Program-made: the position numbers and the translations under genes
In this document: piece after piece, positions 1 to 8,883 of the stretch
How the letters are laid out: each line of letters begins with the position of its first letter
Position numbering within the stretch: the first letter of the stretch is position 1
Notes under the pieces: model-generated
What the model saw: the letters and a program-made list of their open reading frames with translations, nothing else
Told to the model about the DNA's origin: nothing
Databases searched by the model: none
Source of the DNA: an uncultured Clostridia bacterium
GTDB lineage: Bacteria; Bacillota; Clostridia; Oscillospirales; Oscillospiraceae
NCBI GenBank assembly: GCA_945875335.1
Contig: CAMCKD010000003.1
Coordinates: 5,693 to 69,692 of the forward strand
DNA: 64,000 nt
Direction of reading: 5' to 3'

Positions 1-801
1 GTGCTGGCGGATGCTTTGCGTATTCGAGAGGTTCTGGTGAATATTCTGGGCAATTCGGTGAAGTTTACCAAGGACGGCGGCAGAATTACCTTTGATGCCA
101 GCTACCGCCCCGGCAAAGACGCTCAGCACATTGTGGCGCTTTACCGCATTGCGGATACGGGCGTGGGCATGAGCAAGGAATTTATAGAGCACATTTTTGA
201 CGAGTTCTCTCAGGAGGAAAACAGCGCTCGAACGAAATACAAGGGTACTGGTCTGGGCATGGCAATCACCAAGCGGTATGTGGATCTGATGGGCGGCAGA
301 ATCACCGTTGAGAGTGAAAAAGGCAAGGGCTCCACCTTCCTTGTAGAGCTTCCCCTGGAGCTGACAGAGGAAAGCCAAGTTCAGAAGCAGGATTGCAGCC
401 CATGCAGCCACGATCTCACAGATGTGAAGGTTTTGATGGCAGAAGATAACGACCTCAACGCGGAGATCGCAATGATTCAGCTGGAAGAACTGGGCATCCA
501 GATCACCCGAGCTGCTGACGGAAAGGAAGCTGTGCGCCTCTTTGCTCAGAACCCCGCCGGAACCTTCGACATTATCCTGATGGACATTATGATGCCGGAG
601 ATGAACGGCTTTGAAGCCACAGCCGCCATCCGCAGCCTGCCGAACCGCCCCGATGCGATGCTGATTCCCATTATTGCCATGACCGCCAACGCTTTTGCCG
701 AGGATGTACAGGCATCTCTGGATGCTGGGATGAACGGGCATTTGTCAAAACCGATTGTGATTGATGAGGTAATCAAAGCCATTGCACGGAATCTGAGATA
801 A
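1..801 (+). CDS. hybrid sensor histidine kinase, C-terminal part (HATPase_c + receiver domain); 5' end outside window
   Basis: Frame open from window edge; ATP-lid motifs DTGVGM and GTGLGMAI, then REC motifs VLMAEDNDLN, ILMDIMMPEMNG, LSKP. Confidence 0.85.
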   Translation: MLADALRIREVLVNILGNSVKFTKDGGRITFDASYRPGKDAQHIVALYRIADTGVGMSKEFIEHIFDEFSQEENSARTKYKGTGLGMAITKRYVDLMGGRITVESEKGKGSTFLVELPLELTEESQVQKQDCSPCSHDLTDVKVLMAEDNDLNAEIAMIQLEELGIQITRAADGKEAVRLFAQNPAGTFDIILMDIMMPEMNGFEATAAIRSLPNRPDAMLIPIIAMTANAFAEDVQASLDAGMNGHLSKPIVIDEVIKAIARNLR

Positions 802-805
802 AAAC

Positions 806-980
806 ATGAATGGCATTGAGGTTACAAGGCAGATCCGCCGATTATCACACTCACTGCCGATGATTGCTCAGGGATAGAGGAAGCGGCATAAAAGCTGGCG
901 TGACCGCATTCTGCTCGAAGCCGATGCGGATTCGAGACCTTCACCCTACAGAACCTACGCTCACCGGGCGCACCCCATAG
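806..980 (+). pseudogene. remnant of the C-terminal half of a receiver domain (frameshift plus internal stop)
   Basis: Three frames read in turn give MNGIEVTRQIRR / PIITLTADD..EEAA* / KAGVTAFCSKPMRIRDL. These match the MDG..IR, PIIxLTA and aG..flsKP blocks of REC domains. Confidence 0.5.
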
Positions 981-981
981 A

Positions 982-1022
982 AAGAGGGCATTTCCATGTT
1001 GCGGAAATGCCCTCTTTTCTTG
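982..1022 (+). terminator. rho-independent terminator
   Basis: Stem GAGGGCATTTCC / GGAAATGCCCTC (984..995 and 1003..1014) followed by TTTTCTT. Confidence 0.7.
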
Positions 1023-1393
1023 GATAAGGCAGCAGTTTGTAATCTGATTGTGATTTGTGATTCCCTTTCATTTTTAGGAGAATCAGCAAATTATATAAAC
1101 CGGCAGAGCGCTAAAGCAGAAAAATTGTTAATATCCAAATAATTGTCCCAAAATGTAGATAAAAACACGGGATTTACCAAAATTTCCGCAAAAAGTCTGC
1201 AAAACTACCATACAATTTCAGGATTTATTTTATATTTTTCTACTTTTATTTTCAAATCTTGACGTAATATTTACCCCTGTCTTTACCGTTTTTTTGAGTT
1301 TGTGTTTTATAGTTTTGGTATAGAAAATGTTGTCATAGACATCATCTATCCGCATAAACTCACAAAAAGGTATGAAAGGAAGAACATAAGAGA

Positions 1394-1723
1394 ATGAAGA
1401 AAATATTTGGAATTATCAGAAGGCTTGGAGTTACTTCCAACTACAAAGGGTACTTTTTTGTTGCAGATGCGATTCAGCTTGCCATGCAGAACCAGGGTCG
1501 TCCCTTACAGATTACGAAGGATATTTATCCTGTTCTTGCAAAAAAGCACAATATCAACCCCCTGAGCATCGAGCACAATATCCGTACCGTTGTCAATGTT
1601 TGCTGGGAAACCAATCGAAAGGAGCTGGCGGAAATTGCCGGATTTCCTCTGTCCTACAAGCCCACAAACAGCGAATTCATTGACATGGTTGCCTTTTATC
1701 TCCAATACGGGCAGGAGGAGTAA
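1394..1723 (+). CDS. stand-alone Spo0A C-terminal (DNA-binding) domain protein, no receiver domain
   Basis: 109 aa; pattern GYFFVADAIQLA..ITKDIYPVLAKKHN..SIEHNIRTVV..CW resembles the Spo0A_C helix-turn-helix effector domain. Confidence 0.75.
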   Translation: MKKIFGIIRRLGVTSNYKGYFFVADAIQLAMQNQGRPLQITKDIYPVLAKKHNINPLSIEHNIRTVVNVCWETNRKELAEIAGFPLSYKPTNSEFIDMVAFYLQYGQEE

Positions 1724-1741
1724 ATGTCGATAAATGTCGAT
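1721..1741 (+). promoter_or_regulatory. tandem 10-bp repeat TAAATGTCGA x2 carrying two TGTCGAT (0A-box-like) heptamers
   Basis: TGTCGAT at 1725..1731 and 1735..1741, one helical turn apart, 30 nt upstream of a -35 box; 6/7 match to the TGTCGAA consensus. Confidence 0.45.
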
Positions 1742-1770
1742 AATTCTCAGGGAATTTCGGCCGATTCACG

Positions 1771-1800
1771 TTGACTTTTCTTCATTTTCTATAGTATAAT
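1771..1800 (+). promoter_or_regulatory. sigma-A-type promoter (TTGACT-18-TATAAT)
   Basis: -35 at 1771..1776, -10 at 1795..1800. Confidence 0.55.
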
Positions 1801-1842
1801 AAAGAAAACAAAGAAAAGACAATGACAGGAGAAAACCATATT

Positions 1843-2106
1843 ATGTACTTATCCACGCTGTTTTTATCCGAACTCCAAAACGGGGCGGCCTGTGCAATTC
1901 AGAAATGCAACGATGAATTTTTGAACCGTTTGGCACCTGCGGATGTTATCCCCTCTTTGCTTTCAGATGCCGCCCAGGGCTTCTGTGACGAGATCATGGC
2001 CCTGTGGGATGTCTATCGGGATTATCACACGGAAATCCTCATCGAGCTCCCGGTCATTCAGGCAATGGGTACAATCCGTGCAGCCAGGAAGCAAAGCAGG
2101 CAGTGA
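1843..2106 (+). CDS. hypothetical small protein
   Basis: ORF with AGGAGA 10 nt upstream of ATG 1843 (track start 1822 is the alternative); no recognisable motifs. Confidence 0.4.
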   Translation: MYLSTLFLSELQNGAACAIQKCNDEFLNRLAPADVIPSLLSDAAQGFCDEIMALWDVYRDYHTEILIELPVIQAMGTIRAARKQSRQ

Positions 2107-2239
2107 TGATTTAGGCTTCCTCTTTATATGTTGATTCGTTCATGCAAATCAACGGAGCCCTCTAAAAACTGGTTTTGGTGTTTTGAGAGCCGTTAAAAGC
2201 GCAGTTCTCAGAGGGTCCCGGATATGATAGAGGTAGAAT

Positions 2240-2932
2240 ATGGATACGATCGCGGTAATTGAAGATAATGTATTGACCGGGGACATGATTACAGACGTGC
2301 TGATGGAAGAGGGCTTCCAGGTCCTCCGGGCCTATTCAGGGACGGAGGCGTTATTTCTGCTGAAGCAAAAGAAGCCGGACCTCGTTTTGCTGGATTTGAT
2401 TCTTCCGGGTCTGGACGGGGAGCAGGTGCTGGAACATATCAAAGGAATTCCGGTCATTGTGTTGAGCTCCAAAACGGAGGTGGAGGACAAGATCACTCTG
2501 CTGAACGAGGGAGCCTGCGACTATATCACCAAACCCTTCCACAAAAAGGAATTGATCGCCCGCATCCTGGTGCAGCTTCGCAAAAGGAAGAATCCCGGCA
2601 GTCCGGCGGAAGAGCCCTACCTGTCCGTCGGAGACCTGATACTGGATCCCCTGTCATTGAAGGTGATGGTGCAGTCCCAGACCGTGAAGCTGACGAGAAC
2701 CGAATGCACCATCCTCAAGCAGCTCATGACCCATTCCCGATATACCATCTCCCGAGACCTGCTCCTGGATTGCATCAGCTATGAAACGCCGGACTGCACA
2801 GAAAAGTCGCTGAAGCAGCACATTTACAATTTGCGGAAAAAGCTGAACAGCATCCACAGCCCCATTCAAATTGAAACCGTTCGAGGCGTTGGCTTTAAGC
2901 TGGTCAAAGTCTCCGAACAGCCGCTGTCATGA
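2240..2932 (+). CDS. OmpR-family response regulator (REC + winged-helix)
   Basis: DLVLLDLILPGLDG and KPF receiver motifs; C-terminal LTRTECTILKQL..VRGVGFKL trans_reg_C pattern. Confidence 0.9.
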   Translation: MDTIAVIEDNVLTGDMITDVLMEEGFQVLRAYSGTEALFLLKQKKPDLVLLDLILPGLDGEQVLEHIKGIPVIVLSSKTEVEDKITLLNEGACDYITKPFHKKELIARILVQLRKRKNPGSPAEEPYLSVGDLILDPLSLKVMVQSQTVKLTRTECTILKQLMTHSRYTISRDLLLDCISYETPDCTEKSLKQHIYNLRKKLNSIHSPIQIETVRGVGFKLVKVSEQPLS

Positions 2933-2936
2933 AAAT

Positions 2937-2994
2937 TGTCCCTGATGACAATTACCCGGCAAGGGTGTCATCAGGGACAGCTTTTGTTATTTTC
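2937..2994 (+). terminator. rho-independent terminator
   Basis: Perfect 14-bp stem TGTCCCTGATGACA / TGTCATCAGGGACA (2937..2950 and 2967..2980) followed by GCTTTTGTTATTTT. Confidence 0.8.
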
Positions 2995-3042
2995 ACTTGC
3001 AGAGTGAATTTTCACTTTTTCACTCTTGATAAAATAGGATAT

Positions 3043-3379
3043 ATGCATATCGGCTGTCAGAATCCCGGTAAATTGTTGTTTATCGCACACCCTTGGCTCC
3101 CCTACCGGGGGAGCTGCCGAAGGCTGAGGGGGTGTCCCTGTTGCTGTGGTATCGCCCCCAGTTTTTGCAACGCTACTGTAGGGGAGGCTCGTAGCCTCCC
3201 GCCAGGTTTGTCAACTGAGTGTTAGGTTGAATGGTACAAATGTGGGAAACTGGTACGAATTCGCCTATCCTGGTTGGTAACTGAAAGTCTGTACTGCGCG
3301 GGAGACTACGAGCCTCCCCTACAGTGGCTGGTGCATCAAACAACAATTTACCACTCTGCTGAGTCAAACCGATAAGCAC
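3043..3379. mobile_element. composite MITE-like repeat, copy R1 (half of a type-1 element plus a complete type-2 element), flanked by a 12-bp direct repeat
   Basis: Terminal inverted repeats AAATTGTTGTTT/AAACAACAATTT plus outer ..TATCGG/CCGATA..; ~96% identical to the reverse complement of 57414..57693; AAAATAGGATAT at 3031..3042 and 3380..3391. Confidence 0.8.
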
Positions 3380-3395
3380 AAAATAGGATATTTTT

Positions 3396-3435
3396 AGGTG
3401 GTTTCAGGATTGTTTCTGAAACCGCCTCTTTTGTT
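3396..3435. terminator. hairpin terminator between convergent genes
   Basis: Stem AGGTGGTTTCAG / CTGAAACCGCCT followed by CTTTTGTT on the plus strand. Confidence 0.55.
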
Positions 3436-3452
3436 ATTCAAGAGCTTCTGAG

Positions 3453-4676
3453 TCAAACCACCTGGAAGAGGTAGAATTTCAGATAATCCGTCTCCGGCAC
3501 GTTCCACAGGATGGGGTGATCCGGGGACTGCTGGCGGGCTTCGATCTGGCGCAGCTCCACGCCGGCGTCCAGAGCGGCGGATTTCAGCATGCGGACGAAC
3601 TGCTCCGAGGGCATGAAATGGCTGCAGGAGGCCGTGGCGAAATAGCCGCCCCGGGGCAGCAGCTTGAGGGCCCGGAGGTTGATCTCCTTGTAGCCCCGCT
3701 GGGCGCTGTCCACGGTCTTCCGGGACTTGGTAAAGGCGGGCGGGTCCAGGATGATGAAATCATATTCCTTTTTCCCCTGCTCTGCCAGCTTGGGAAGCAG
3801 GTCAAACACATCCGCCACCACGAAATCCATTCGCTCAGCCAGGCCGTTGCGCACCGCGTTTTCCTTGGCCATTTCAATGGCGGAGGCGGATACGTCCACC
3901 GCCGTCACATGCTCTGCGCCTCCCAGGGCTGCATTCAGAGCGAAGGAGCCGGTGTGGGTGAAGCAGTCTAAAACGCGCCTGCCCTTTGCCAGCTTGGCAA
4001 CCGCCAGGCGGTTGTACTTCTGATCCAGGAAGAAGCCGGTTTTCTGGCCGTTCTCCACATCCACCCGGTAGCGGACGCCGTTTTCCCGGATTTCCGTCAC
4101 GGTATCCGGGACGGGCTCACCCAGGGGGAACCAGCCCTTGTTCTGCTCCAGCCCCTCCAGCGCCCGGATGGCCACATCGTTGCGTTCATAAATGCCCCGG
4201 ATTTCCTGGCCGTCCTGCCGCAGCAGCCGTACCAGCAGGGGAAACAGCATGGGCTTGAGCCGCTCCATGCCGACGGACAGGGTCTGGGTCACCAGAATGT
4301 CCGCAAACCGATCCACAGTGAGCCCCGGGAAGCCGTCTGCCTCGCCGAAAATCACCCGGCAGCAGGAGATGTCCTCCCCCATGACGGTTTTGCGGTAATC
4401 CCAGGCGTATTGTATCCGGCGCTGCCAGAAGGCCTGGTCGAATTGATCGTTGGCGTTGCGGGACACCAGCCGGACCCGAATCTTGCTGTGGGTGCTCAGA
4501 AACCCGGTGCCCAGGTATTTGCCCTTTTCGCTGACGGCATCCACCAGGCCGCCGTTTTCCCATTCCCCTTCCAGCCGGAGCACCTCGGCCTCATAAATCC
4601 AGGGGTGCCCCTGCTCCACCCAGCGGGTGCCCTTGGGGGTGACGATGCATTTGGGGTATTGACGCTGTGCTTTCAT
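3453..4676 (-). CDS. rlmI: class I SAM-dependent 23S rRNA m5C methyltransferase, RlmI-like (PUA + MTase)
   Basis: 407 aa; N-terminal GHPWIYEAEV PUA-like start, VLDCFTHTGSFAL SAM motif, ILDPPAF motif IV. Confidence 0.8.
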   Translation of the reverse strand: MKAQRQYPKCIVTPKGTRWVEQGHPWIYEAEVLRLEGEWENGGLVDAVSEKGKYLGTGFLSTHSKIRVRLVSRNANDQFDQAFWQRRIQYAWDYRKTVMGEDISCCRVIFGEADGFPGLTVDRFADILVTQTLSVGMERLKPMLFPLLVRLLRQDGQEIRGIYERNDVAIRALEGLEQNKGWFPLGEPVPDTVTEIRENGVRYRVDVENGQKTGFFLDQKYNRLAVAKLAKGRRVLDCFTHTGSFALNAALGGAEHVTAVDVSASAIEMAKENAVRNGLAERMDFVVADVFDLLPKLAEQGKKEYDFIILDPPAFTKSRKTVDSAQRGYKEINLRALKLLPRGGYFATASCSHFMPSEQFVRMLKSAALDAGVELRQIEARQQSPDHPILWNVPETDYLKFYLFQVV

Positions 4677-4678
4677 GG

Positions 4679-6019
4679 TTACCGTCCTTTTGTATTGTCA
4701 ATCATTTGGTAGTAAATTCGCTCCACCAGCTCTGTGTCGGAGAGGAAGGCATCTACCACATCGGGGTCAAAGTCCTCTCCCCTGCCCTTTCGGATGATGT
4801 CATAGCAGGTTTCCAATGGCATGGCCTCCCGGTAGCAGCGGTTGCTGGAAACGGCATCGAACACATCCGCCACCGCCATGATCCGGGCGCAGAGGGGGAT
4901 TTGTTCTCCCTTGAGGCCTTCGGGGTAGCCCTTGCCGTTCCATTTTTCGTGATGATATTGAGCCACCTGATGGGCCATGTTCTCATACTCCTGGTCAAAC
5001 AGGTGCCCAAAGGTCTCATGGATGATCTTCCCGCCCAGGGGGGCATGCTGCTTCATGGCTTCGTATTCCTCCGCCGTCAGCTTGCCGGGCTTTTGGAGAA
5101 TGGCATCGGAAATGCCGATTTTTCCAATATCGTGCATGGGGGCGGACTGCTCCAGATGGTTCAGATAGTCCCGGGTGAGGATGGGGCGGAATTTCTTGTT
5201 CTTTTTCAGCCGTCTGGCAATCAGCTTCACATAGGCAGAGGAACGCCGGATGTGGCCGCCGGTGTTGCCGTCCTTGTTCTCCACCAGGGTGGCAAAGCCC
5301 ATAATCATCTCATTCTGATAATGCTCCAGACTGTGAATGGCGGGATTCTCCATATTCAGGTAGATGCTCAGCACCAACAGCACCACGGCAAAGCTGGAAA
5401 CGAGGGCCTGGGGGAAGATGATCTGAAAACCCAGGATAATGAGAATGAACACCACCGTGGTAAACAGCCCCATCCGTTTTTTCCCGGGGATCTCCCGATG
5501 CTTCAGCACAATCAGCAGCACCGTTGCGGCGCAGTGGATGATGACGCTGAAAAAGCACAGATACACCGGCACGCCCATGGAATAATTGGATACCTCCCCG
5601 GGCAGGAAGGCGATATCCTTCATAAAGCAGCCGGTGAGCACCACCACTGCACCATTAACCGCCGCCGTCAGCACCCGCAGGTACTTCTTCCTGGGCAGCC
5701 CCACAGTGACGGAGACCCAGTACCAGAAGAGCAAGGCCACATAGACTTCATAACAGGCGTACATCCCAAAATGCAGCGCCAGGTTCCAGCCCCGGCTCAC
5801 CGAATCCAGCAGATTCACCGTGCAGGCTGTGATGGCATCAAACACCACCGCAAGATTGGCGGCGGTGAGACTGTAATCAAACAGCGTGTTGCAATAGCTG
5901 CGCTTGCTCAGGCGGATGAGGCTGTAGCCCTCACGGGTATAGGTGATCTCCAAATACGCCAGAATCAGGATTGCCATTATCTGGGTTTTGCACCACTGAA
6001 AAATCATCATTTCTCTCAT
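4679..6019 (-). CDS. membrane-anchored HD-GYP domain protein (putative c-di-GMP phosphodiesterase)
   Basis: Multi-TM N-terminus; HDIGKIGI and HHEKWNGKGYP motifs. Confidence 0.85.
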   Translation of the reverse strand: MREMMIFQWCKTQIMAILILAYLEITYTREGYSLIRLSKRSYCNTLFDYSLTAANLAVVFDAITACTVNLLDSVSRGWNLALHFGMYACYEVYVALLFWYWVSVTVGLPRKKYLRVLTAAVNGAVVVLTGCFMKDIAFLPGEVSNYSMGVPVYLCFFSVIIHCAATVLLIVLKHREIPGKKRMGLFTTVVFILIILGFQIIFPQALVSSFAVVLLVLSIYLNMENPAIHSLEHYQNEMIMGFATLVENKDGNTGGHIRRSSAYVKLIARRLKKNKKFRPILTRDYLNHLEQSAPMHDIGKIGISDAILQKPGKLTAEEYEAMKQHAPLGGKIIHETFGHLFDQEYENMAHQVAQYHHEKWNGKGYPEGLKGEQIPLCARIMAVADVFDAVSSNRCYREAMPLETCYDIIRKGRGEDFDPDVVDAFLSDTELVERIYYQMIDNTKGR

Positions 6020-6216
6020 CTCCCCCGTTATCTATCAATCACAGAAGCCCTCCCCTGCTCCGTCGGGCGCAAAGGAGAACGAACAAGTTCTGACAATATT
6101 ATACATGATTTTCTTTCTTTTGCAAGGGAAAACCGCTTCATCCAACCTGCCCAAAAATGTCTCCCCCGGAGGCAGCATCTTTTTCATCCGGGGAGCGGCA
6201 AAAATGCAAAAATTTC

Positions 6217-6245
6217 TTGACTATGGGGCAGAATCCACCTATAAT
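6217..6245 (+). promoter_or_regulatory. sigma-A-type promoter (TTGACT-17-TATAAT) upstream of greA
   Basis: -35 at 6217..6222, -10 at 6240..6245. Confidence 0.6.
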
Positions 6246-6289
6246 GATGGGAGCTATGGGTATTTCCATCTAAGAAAGGATTTTGAAAT

Positions 6290-6766
6290 ATGGCTAAGGA
6301 ATACAAGATTACAAGTCTGCGGCTTGCCGACCTGGAAAAGGAACTGAACTACCTGAAAACCACCCGTGAACGGGAAATCGCTGCCATGATCGCCGAGGCC
6401 CGCTCCTACGGCGACTTGTCCGAAAACTCCGAGTACGATGCCGCCAAGAACGAGCAGGCCAAGCTCTATGGCCGCATTGCGGAAATTGAGGACGTCCTGT
6501 CCCACGCCACCATCATCGAGGACGAGAACGAAGCCACCGGCCGGGTGGGCCTGGGCTGCTCCGTGGTGGTGGAGGACGAGAAGGGCAAGCGCACCACCTA
6601 CCGCATCACCGGCTCCCAGGAGGCCAACCCCATGGAGTTCAAGCTCTCCGATGACTCCCCCTTCGGCCGGGCCGTGGTGGGCAAGGCCGCAGGCGAAAGC
6701 TTCATCGTCAACGCCCCCGCCGGCTCCTTCACCATGAAGGTGATCGAAGTCTCCCGGGAGGGTTAA
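6290..6766 (+). CDS. greA: transcription elongation factor GreA
   Basis: 158 aa; LEKELNYLK..R.EIA..I..ARSYGDLSENSEYDAAK coiled-coil and the C-terminal globular domain pattern. Confidence 0.9.
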   Translation: MAKEYKITSLRLADLEKELNYLKTTREREIAAMIAEARSYGDLSENSEYDAAKNEQAKLYGRIAEIEDVLSHATIIEDENEATGRVGLGCSVVVEDEKGKRTTYRITGSQEANPMEFKLSDDSPFGRAVVGKAAGESFIVNAPAGSFTMKVIEVSREG

Positions 6767-6769
6767 GCC

Positions 6770-8704
6770 ATGGCCAAGTTTGTACCCCAGGCAGAAATGC
6801 CCCTGTCCGACCAGGTGCGGGTTCGTCGGGAAAAGCTGGAAAATCTCCGGGCCGAGGGCTTCGACCCCTTCGTTCAGACCCGTTTTGAGATGACCGCCGA
6901 CTCCGCCGCCATCAAGGCTAGCTTTGATGCCATGGAGGGCCAGTCCGTCCGCCTGGCGGGCCGCCTCATGAGCAAGCGGGGCATGGGCAAGGTGAGCTTC
7001 TGCGATTTGCAGGACGCCACCGGCCGCATCCAGCTCTATGTCAAGTTTGACGAGATGGAGGAAGCCGCCTTTAACCGCTTCAAGAAAAATGACATCGGCG
7101 ACATCGTGGGCGTGGTGGGCGACGTGTTCAAAACCGAGCGGGGCGAAATCTCCGTCCGGGTTCACGAGGCCACCCTGCTGAGTAAATCCCTGCTGCCCCT
7201 GCCGGAGAAATTCCACGGACTGACCGATAAGGAAACACGGTTCCGCCAGCGTTATGTTGACCTGATGGTGAACCCGGAGGTCAAGCGGAATTTCGTCATC
7301 CGCTCCAAGTTCATCAAGTTCATGCGCTCCTACCTGGACAGCCGGAATTACATTGAAGTGGAGACCCCGGTGCTGAACACCATCGCCGGCGGCGCGGCAG
7401 CCCGTCCCTTCATCACCCATCACAACACCCTGGACATTGATATGTACATGCGCATCGCCACCGAGCTGCCCCTGAAGCGGCTGATCGTAGGCGGCATGGA
7501 CAGGGTGTATGAAATTGGCCGCATTTTCCGCAACGAGGGCATGGACCCCAAGCACAACCCCGAGTTCACCACCGTAGAGCTGTACCAGGCCTACGCCGAC
7601 TTCCACGACATGATGGACATTGCCGAGGGCATCATCTCCGGCGCCGCCCAGGAGATTCTGGGCACCTATGAGGTGGACTGGATGGGCGAGCACATCAACC
7701 TGGCTCCCGGCTGGCGTCGGCTGACCATGGTGGAGGCCGTCAAGGAATATGTGGGCATTGACTTTGGTGCCATCACCGACGATGCCCAGGCTGTCGCCGC
7801 CGCCAAGGAAAAGGGCGTGGAGCTGGCAGATGCCGCCGAAAAGACCTGGGGCAACGCGCTGTACGCCTGCTTCGACCAGAAGGTGGAAGAGCACCTGATT
7901 CAGCCCACCTTCATCACCATGTACCCTGTGGAGGTCTCCCCCCTGACCAAGCGCTCCCCCATCGACCCCCGGCTCACCGAGCGGTTCGAGCTGTTCATCT
8001 GCCACAGCGAGCTGGCCAACGCCTACTCCGAGCTCAACGATCCCATCGACCAGCGCCAGCGGTTCATGAAGCAGGTGGAGCAGCGGGAACGGGGCGACGA
8101 GGAAACCGAAATGCTGGATGAGGACTTCCTCAATGCCCTGGAATACGGCATGCCCCCCACGGGCGGCATGGGCATGGGCATCGACCGCTGCGTCATGCTC
8201 CTCACCGGCGCCGACACCATCCGGGAGGTCATCCTCTTCCCCACCATGAAGCCTATGGACATGCCCAAGCAGGATAAGAGCAATGAAGCACCTGCTGCAC
8301 AGGCTGCTCCTGCTGTGGAAGAAAAGATTGATTTCAGCAAGGTGGAAATCGAGCCGCTGTTCCAGGATTTTGTGGACTTTGAGACCTTCAGTAAGTCCGA
8401 TTTCCGTGCTGTCAAGGTTCTGGCCTGCGAGGCTGTCAAGAAGTCCAAGAAGCTCCTCAAGTTCACTCTGGATGACGGAACTGGCACAGAAAGAACCATT
8501 TTGAGCGGCATTCACGCATATTATGAGCCGGAAGAGCTGGTTGGCAAGACCCTGCTGGCAATCACCAATCTGCCTCCCAGACCCATGATGGGCATCGAGT
8601 CCTGCGGCATGCTGATCTCCGCCGTGCACCGCGAAGAAGGAATTGAAAAGCTGCACCTACTGATGCTGGACAACCACATCCCCGCCGGTGCAAAGATGTA
8701 TTGA
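6770..8704 (+). CDS. lysS: lysine--tRNA ligase (class II) with an extra C-terminal tRNA-binding (Trbp111/CsaA-like) domain
   Basis: Class II motifs (FRNEG, ELNDP, GMGIDR); about 140 additional residues ending ..[36 protein letters not shown]. Confidence 0.9.
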   Translation: MAKFVPQAEMPLSDQVRVRREKLENLRAEGFDPFVQTRFEMTADSAAIKASFDAMEGQSVRLAGRLMSKRGMGKVSFCDLQDATGRIQLYVKFDEMEEAAFNRFKKNDIGDIVGVVGDVFKTERGEISVRVHEATLLSKSLLPLPEKFHGLTDKETRFRQRYVDLMVNPEVKRNFVIRSKFIKFMRSYLDSRNYIEVETPVLNTIAGGAAARPFITHHNTLDIDMYMRIATELPLKRLIVGGMDRVYEIGRIFRNEGMDPKHNPEFTTVELYQAYADFHDMMDIAEGIISGAAQEILGTYEVDWMGEHINLAPGWRRLTMVEAVKEYVGIDFGAITDDAQAVAAAKEKGVELADAAEKTWGNALYACFDQKVEEHLIQPTFITMYPVEVSPLTKRSPIDPRLTERFELFICHSELANAYSELNDPIDQRQRFMKQVEQRERGDEETEMLDEDFLNALEYGMPPTGGMGMGIDRCVMLLTGADTIREVILFPTMKPMDMPKQDKSNEAPAAQAAPAVEEKIDFSKVEIEPLFQDFVDFETFSKSDFRAVKVLACEAVKKSKKLLKFTLDDGTGTERTILSGIHAYYEPEELVGKTLLAITNLPPRPMMGIESCGMLISAVHREEGIEKLHLLMLDNHIPAGAKMY

Positions 8705-8728
8705 TCATCCCATAGAATCATGTTTCAA

Positions 8729-8768
8729 AAAGAACTGCCTGCGCATTTGCAAGCAGTTCTTTTTTCAG
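8729..8768 (+). terminator. rho-independent terminator
   Basis: Stem AGAACTGC / GCAGTTCT (8731..8738 and 8753..8760) followed by TTTTTTCAG. Confidence 0.6.
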
Positions 8769-8883
8769 CTACTTGAAAAGGCTGCTATGAAATTGGGATT
8801 CTATTGGTTGAATTGCAGAGCCATTTGTGATATAATACAGATTAAATTTGAGGTTTGCCTGACGAAATATCGGAGGGATCGCC

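Noticed and set aside
2929-3379. ORFs 2929..3225 (+) and 3173..3379 (-), and their twins 57393..57590 (+) and 57538..57765 (-)
   Set aside because: They lie wholly inside the MITE-like repeats. Their near-identity reflects the repeated DNA. Their frames cross hairpin stems, and no RBS is present.
4667-6220. 517-aa plus-strand ORF opposite the HD-GYP gene
   Set aside because: Antisense artefact. The HD-GYP frame carries the diagnostic HD and HHExxxGxGYP motifs, and this frame carries none.
6254-8656. 800-aa ORF on the minus strand covering greA and lysS
   Set aside because: Antisense to two genes with clear conserved motifs. The translation is low-complexity (G/L/H/A/V-rich) with no recognisable domain. 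This is the typical stop-codon-poor antisense frame of high-GC DNA.
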